Source: an uncultured Candidatus Poseidoniales archaeon
Lineage (GTDB): Archaea; Thermoplasmatota; Poseidoniia; Poseidoniales; Thalassarchaeaceae
Assembly (NCBI GenBank): GCA_964386765.1
Contig: CAYLUC010000002.1
Location: forward strand, 2,202 to 66,201
Length of the DNA: 64,000 nucleotides
Direction: 5' to 3'
Shown here: piece after piece, positions 59,595-64,000 of the stretch
Numbering within the stretch: position 1 is the first letter of the stretch
Layout of the letters: each line of letters opens with the position of its first letter
The notes under the pieces: model-generated
Seen by the model: only the letters and a program-made list of their open reading frames with translations
Database searches by the model: none
Told to the model about the DNA's origin: nothing
Made by a program: the position numbers and the translations under genes

Positions 59595-60374
59595 ATGGCA
59601 GAGGCCAGTATTCGCGATGTCATCTCCATCTCCATAGTTGCGGGATTGATGGTTTCAACGATGGTAACTTTCATTGCAATTTTTGCTAGTGGATTGGATG
59701 ATCCAGACGTCATTTCATCATTAAGGGCCGGTTTTGTAATTGGTTCCTCGGCCGGCGTAATGATAGCAATTTTTGGATTCTATAGGGTGAATGAGATGGC
59801 GAGCACCGCCAAGGATAGGGAAGTTGAGAGGGCGGAGGAATTGCATAGGCTGAGGGCAATACTATCTCCGATCGAAGAAAGGGCCCCACAAGAAATGGGG
59901 GGATGGTCGGTTTCTGAAAAAATTAGAAGGGACCGTGGATTATTAGTCGTAGATCTCCATGGATTGGATGCCCCATCTGCCGCTGCCGTGGCCGAGAGGC
60001 TAATTGAAAGGCGTCAGGACTTGAAGAGAGTCAAGGTAATTACAGGAAAATCTGACCAGAACTCAAACAACTCTTCCGATCCCGGGGTCAGGCCGGCTGT
60101 GTTGCAGAGATTAAGAATAGATGCGGAAAGGGTCAATTGGCAAGTAATTCAGAAATCTAGCTCAGTAACACTGAGGCCAATGGGAGTCGCACCAACGCCG
60201 CGAATTTGGGCCACCAGATTCGCAATTTTTGTTATCCCGATGACTACAGTAATGACCCTTGCATTCAGGGATTTGGCAGGTAGTGGACTTGAGTCCCAAG
60301 GAATGGCATTCGGAGCTGCCTCAGGGATATTGGTCACGTCACTGGTTTCGTCGTACAGGGACAGATCCGGCTAG
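59595..60374 (+). CDS. Smr-domain protein with flanking transmembrane segments
   Basis: The central segment LLVVDLHGLDAPSAAAVAERLIERRQDLKRVKVITGKS matches the Smr signature (DLHG...G......V..GKG). N-terminal TMs (ISIVAGLMVSTMVTFIAIFA; VIGSSAGVMIAIFGF) and C-terminal TMs. Confidence 0.6.
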   Translation: MAEASIRDVISISIVAGLMVSTMVTFIAIFASGLDDPDVISSLRAGFVIGSSAGVMIAIFGFYRVNEMASTAKDREVERAEELHRLRAILSPIEERAPQEMGGWSVSEKIRRDRGLLVVDLHGLDAPSAAAVAERLIERRQDLKRVKVITGKSDQNSNNSSDPGVRPAVLQRLRIDAERVNWQVIQKSSSVTLRPMGVAPTPRIWATRFAIFVIPMTTVMTLAFRDLAGSGLESQGMAFGAASGILVTSLVSSYRDRSG

Positions 60375-61474
60375 ATTCCTAAGGCATCTAAGTCGTCAGA
60401 TAGTATTCCCACTAGCCAATTGTGCATTTCTATACTCCCCATCTCAGAGAGAGTGGAATTTAGGAAAGCCGCGACCAGCACGCTCTTTGCCTGTTCAGAG
60501 GACAACCCCCTAGTCCCTAGGTAGAATAACTGGTCTTCATCTACGGGCCCACTAGCCGTCCCGTGACCACAACCAACCACTTCATTCTCCGTGACCTCAA
60601 GCTCTGGGATTGAATCAGCTTGTGCATTTTCTGAAAGGAGTAAGTTTTGGAACAGCTGTGCAGCATCAGCACCCCTGGAGCCTTCCGACACTCTGAGCAT
60701 CCCAGTACCTACAGTCTTGCTCCGTCCACCACAAGCAGAGTGCCAATCAAGCCTGCTGAATGTCTCTGGAGCATCGTGATGAATCTCTATGTGGTGATCT
60801 AGTGACATCTCTTCAGCCGAAAGTATCGACCCTAGGACGTTCAGATTCCCTCCCGGTTGGCCCATTCTGTATCTGAGATCAGATTTGGTAATTTCAGAAC
60901 CCGAAGAAATAGTTCCAGCAACTACCTGTGAGTCCCTGCCGATGTGGATTGAATCCAATCGCAGGAGAGTGCCTCTTTCAAGCATGTTAACTACCACATC
61001 ATTCGTGTTTGAACCATCTCCCGTGGCTCCGGTTCTTAGTAGCCCCAACCATTCACAATCGCCCTTGATTAGAGTCACTATCTCGAAATCTGAGTGCACT
61101 CCCCCCTTCATGCAAATGTGAACCGCAGAAATTGGGGACTCCGCAATTACCTCCAATATCACAGTCTTGCCCGGATTAAATCCGGGGTCCACTTCCACTG
61201 TCCACGTGGAATCCTCTGTTATAGCATTCATGAAGCTAGAGGTGGTAGCATCAGAGTCTGGAAGCCCCTCTACGCTCTCTGAGCCTCGTATGAGCCTAAC
61301 TCCTTCTGGAGCTTCTCCGCTGATGCTGGTCAGACTCAAACGTGGTGGACTGACTTCTTCCGGAATTTCTGAGATATTTCCGGTCGGGTGAACCTTTTTC
61401 CAAGGGGTGTATCTCCAAAGATGCACAGCCCTATCGGGCTTCTCTAAGGACAAATATTCGGAAATTGGATCCAT
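60371..61474 (-). CDS. sufD: Fe-S cluster assembly protein SufD
   Basis: SufB/D-family beta-helix. 367 aa, shorter than the adjacent SufB paralog, and lacking the SufB N-terminal region. Last gene of the sufCBD unit. Confidence 0.8.
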   Translation of the reverse strand: MDPISEYLSLEKPDRAVHLWRYTPWKKVHPTGNISEIPEEVSPPRLSLTSISGEAPEGVRLIRGSESVEGLPDSDATTSSFMNAITEDSTWTVEVDPGFNPGKTVILEVIAESPISAVHICMKGGVHSDFEIVTLIKGDCEWLGLLRTGATGDGSNTNDVVVNMLERGTLLRLDSIHIGRDSQVVAGTISSGSEITKSDLRYRMGQPGGNLNVLGSILSAEEMSLDHHIEIHHDAPETFSRLDWHSACGGRSKTVGTGMLRVSEGSRGADAAQLFQNLLLSENAQADSIPELEVTENEVVGCGHGTASGPVDEDQLFYLGTRGLSSEQAKSVLVAAFLNSTLSEMGSIEMHNWLVGILSDDLDALGI

Positions 61475-61482
61475 GGAACCAC

Positions 61483-62895
61483 TCAGCCTATGCTTCCTTC
61501 CATCTCAAGTGCCATGAGTTTATTCAACTCCACAGCGTACTCCATTGGAAGCTCCTTCGTGAAAGGCTCAAAGAAACCATTCACTATCATCCCCAGGGCT
61601 TCTGCCTCTGTATGGCCCCTACTCATCAGATAGAATAGCTGTTCATCACCGACTTTAGACACACTGGCCTCATGCTCACAATGTGCACTTGCATTCCCCA
61701 CTTCCATAGTCGGATAGGTATCGGATCTACTTCCCTCATCCAGAATCAGTGCATCGCAAACAATGTTCATCCTGCAGTTCTCAGCCTTTGGCATTACTTT
61801 CGCCATTCCCCTGTAGGAGCCCCTGCCTCCGTCCTTGCTGATGCTCTTGGAAAGTATGTTGCTTGTTGTGTTGGATGCGATGTGATGGACCTTCGCCCCC
61901 GCATCTTGATGTTGCCCTTCTCCAGCATATGCAACAGAAATCACCTCTGCATGAGCTCCTTCTCCCTTCAGAATAACTGCCGGGTACTTCATGGTCAACT
62001 TACTGCCAATATTCCCGTCCACCCATTCGATTTTGGAGTTCTCGTGGGCGACGCCCCTCTTGGTAACAAGGTTGTATACATTCGTGCTCCAGTTTTGCAC
62101 TGTCGTGTAACGAATATGTGCACCAGGGAGTGCAATCAACTCAACTACGGCAGAGTGCAGGGAGTCCGTTGAGTAGGTTGGTGCCGTGCACCCCTCGACA
62201 TAGTGGATGCTGCTCCCTTCGTCGGCAATTATCAGGGTCCTCTCAAATTGCCCCATGTTCTTTGCATTAATTCTGAAGTATGCCTGAACTGGCATTTCCA
62301 CGCTAACCCCCTTTGGAACATAAATGAAAGAACCGCCCGACCAAACCGCCGTATTAAGAGCGGAGAACTTATTGTCACTATGGGGAACTACAGTTCCAAA
62401 GTACTGTTTTACTATGTCCTCATGCTCTCTTAGGCCAGAGTCCATGTCGAGGAATATAACACCTTGATTTTCCAAGTCCTCCCTAATGCTGTGATAAACT
62501 GTCTCGGATTCATATTGCGCAGTCACTCCGGAAAGCCACTTCTGCTCCGCCTCCGGGATTCCAAGACGTTCGAAGGTGTTCCTGATGTCCTCTGGAACAT
62601 CTTCCCACGACTCCCCTGTTTCATCTGAAGATCTTAGGAAGTAGCAGACGTCATCAAAGTCAATACCCTCCAGAATTTCCGTGTTGCCCCATGTGGGCAT
62701 CGGCCTCTCTGTGAAATGCCGATATGCCTTCAATCTCAGTTCGGTCATCCACTCCGGCTCATTCTTTAGCTCAGATATATCCCTTACAACCTTCTCTGAG
62801 AGGCCAAAGTCAAACCTTATTGTGGAGTTCTCAGGATCGTGCCAGCCCGCCTTGTAGTCGCCCACTGCATCTCTGGCTTCGTTTGATTGGCTCAT
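61483..62895 (-). CDS. sufB: Fe-S cluster assembly protein SufB
   Basis: 470 aa. The conserved C-terminal region [20 protein letters not shown]...[23 protein letters not shown]. Confidence 0.9.
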   Translation of the reverse strand: MSQSNEARDAVGDYKAGWHDPENSTIRFDFGLSEKVVRDISELKNEPEWMTELRLKAYRHFTERPMPTWGNTEILEGIDFDDVCYFLRSSDETGESWEDVPEDIRNTFERLGIPEAEQKWLSGVTAQYESETVYHSIREDLENQGVIFLDMDSGLREHEDIVKQYFGTVVPHSDNKFSALNTAVWSGGSFIYVPKGVSVEMPVQAYFRINAKNMGQFERTLIIADEGSSIHYVEGCTAPTYSTDSLHSAVVELIALPGAHIRYTTVQNWSTNVYNLVTKRGVAHENSKIEWVDGNIGSKLTMKYPAVILKGEGAHAEVISVAYAGEGQHQDAGAKVHHIASNTTSNILSKSISKDGGRGSYRGMAKVMPKAENCRMNIVCDALILDEGSRSDTYPTMEVGNASAHCEHEASVSKVGDEQLFYLMSRGHTEAEALGMIVNGFFEPFTKELPMEYAVELNKLMALEMEGSIG

Positions 62896-63722
62896 TCGAA
62901 CTCCTCTCCTTCGGCTACCCTTTGTTCTAACCAGTCATAACCGTTCTCCTCCAGTATGGTGGCTAATCTGGGACCTCCACTGGCAATTATCTTACCATCA
63001 ATCATTACGTGAACCCTGTCTGGTTGGACATGCTCTAGTATCCTAGAGTAGTGAGTGATGATTAGTGCCCCATTGTCAGTTCCCCTCACTACTTCGTTGA
63101 TACCTTCTGCTACGGTTCTAATGCCATCGATGTCTAACCCGCTATCGGTCTCGTCCAATACTGCTAGACGGGGCTTTAGAAGCATTAGTTGCAGGACCTC
63201 GAAGCGCTTTTTCTCCCCTCCGCTGAAACCATCATTCACATATCTAGATAGGAATGATGATGGTATGTTCAGTTTTTTCATGGCGCTCTTCAACTCCTCT
63301 CTGAAGGTTGAACCCTTGGCCGCATCCTCACCTCTGACACTGCTAACCGACTTTCTGAGGAAGTTTCCAACCTGCAAACCCGGTACCGCTTGAGGATATT
63401 GGAAGGATAGGAAAATACCCGACCTCGATCTTTCCCACGGCTCTAGTTCGAGGACACTTTCCCCCTCTAGTAACACGTCGCCTCCTTCAACTTCGTAGGA
63501 TGGATGTCCCATGATTACGTTTGCAGTAGTGGTTTTTCCACTCCCATTGCGACCCATAATGGCATGTATCTCGCCAGATGGTATTGTGATGTCTATTCCC
63601 TTCAATATTGGATTTCCATCAATACCCACATGTAGGTCAACTATGTTTAGAATGGGATTTTCATTACTCAAATTCACTCCCCGTTTTCCGCCCGGTGTTG
63701 GACCCTTTTGAATACTACCCAA
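62892..63722 (-). CDS. sufC: Fe-S cluster assembly ATPase SufC
   Basis: ABC ATPase with Walker [10 protein letters not shown], signature FSGGEKKR, Walker [13 protein letters not shown], and H-loop ITHY. An in-frame GTG at 63675 ([15 protein letters not shown]) would give the usual SufC N-terminus. 4-bp overlap with sufB. Confidence 0.9.
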   Translation of the reverse strand: MGSIQKGPTPGGKRGVNLSNENPILNIVDLHVGIDGNPILKGIDITIPSGEIHAIMGRNGSGKTTTANVIMGHPSYEVEGGDVLLEGESVLELEPWERSRSGIFLSFQYPQAVPGLQVGNFLRKSVSSVRGEDAAKGSTFREELKSAMKKLNIPSSFLSRYVNDGFSGGEKKRFEVLQLMLLKPRLAVLDETDSGLDIDGIRTVAEGINEVVRGTDNGALIITHYSRILEHVQPDRVHVMIDGKIIASGGPRLATILEENGYDWLEQRVAEGEEFE

Positions 63723-63839
63723 CTCGTTTTTCTAATTTTATGGTCATAGTAAAAAATCAGGACCCACCTCTAAGGTCGTGGGCGACACTGACTCCGATGA
63801 CAGACTTGCGGAGGCTTACCGAACTCAGATTGAGGAGAT

Positions 63840-64000
63840 AATGAGGAAAGAAGCCGAAAGAAGGAACACTGAAGCCCATGATCCAATTGAGATTGCTAGA
63901 TTGCGTGAATTATCACTTTACGCCCTCTTGGAGGGAGGGCATCCAGACACCATCCCTGCATTGATGGCCAGATTGGGCCCCGTAAGGGCTGCATTGGATG
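63840..64000 (+). CDS. possible 5' fragment of a gene running off the window end (hypothetical)
   Basis: ATG 63840 opens MRKEAERRNTEAHDPIEIARLRELSLYALLEGG..., which continues to the window edge with no stop. An in-frame GTG at 63778 is also possible. Short and unverifiable. Confidence 0.2.

Noticed and set aside
63608-63841. 77-aa plus ORF after sufC
   Set aside because: It has no start context or homology. It overlaps, in another frame, the more plausible partial ORF that runs to the window end.

Overview
This is a gene-dense, roughly 55% GC archaeal chromosomal segment. The gene content is euryarchaeal: an A-type ATP synthase operon (H-I-K-E-C-F-A-B-D), pelota, RPA, SMC with ScpA and ScpB, Orc1/Cdc6, aIF2-gamma, ribosomal proteins S6e and L10e, diphthamide synthase, and the lipid genes idsA, GGR and HMG-CoA reductase. 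Gyrase B and A, a class II HMG-CoA reductase, a bacterial-type RNase PH and large anchored surface proteins suggest a Thermoplasmatota or Marine-Group-II-like organism; that placement is an inference. About 60 features are supported, including two tRNAs (Phe-GAA and Ser-GCU) that both encode their 3' CCA. No rRNA, CRISPR array, transposase or integrase is visible.

The most interesting locus is the only AT-rich non-coding stretch in the window, at about 33441-33763. It holds at least seven copies, in both orientations, of a GCGTTAA / ACGTTAAT core motif. It sits directly upstream of a highly divergent Orc1/Cdc6-like gene whose Walker A lysine is replaced by arginine, whose Walker B glutamate is lost, and which carries an acidic insertion of about 300 aa before a C-terminal winged helix. 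A canonical orc1/cdc6 lies 4.5 kb further on. Together these make a candidate replication origin with an ATPase-dead Orc paralog.

Other points worth a second look:
- a site-2-protease-like membrane protein with degenerate metal-binding motifs and a large extracellular domain;
- a cluster of signal-peptide, C-terminally anchored surface proteins: a metalloprotease with five PKD repeats, a glutaminyl cyclase, and two smaller anchored proteins;
- a thymidylate-kinase fusion protein with an unknown C-terminal domain;
- an Smr domain embedded between transmembrane segments;
- palindromes upstream of smc and inside the ATP synthase operon.
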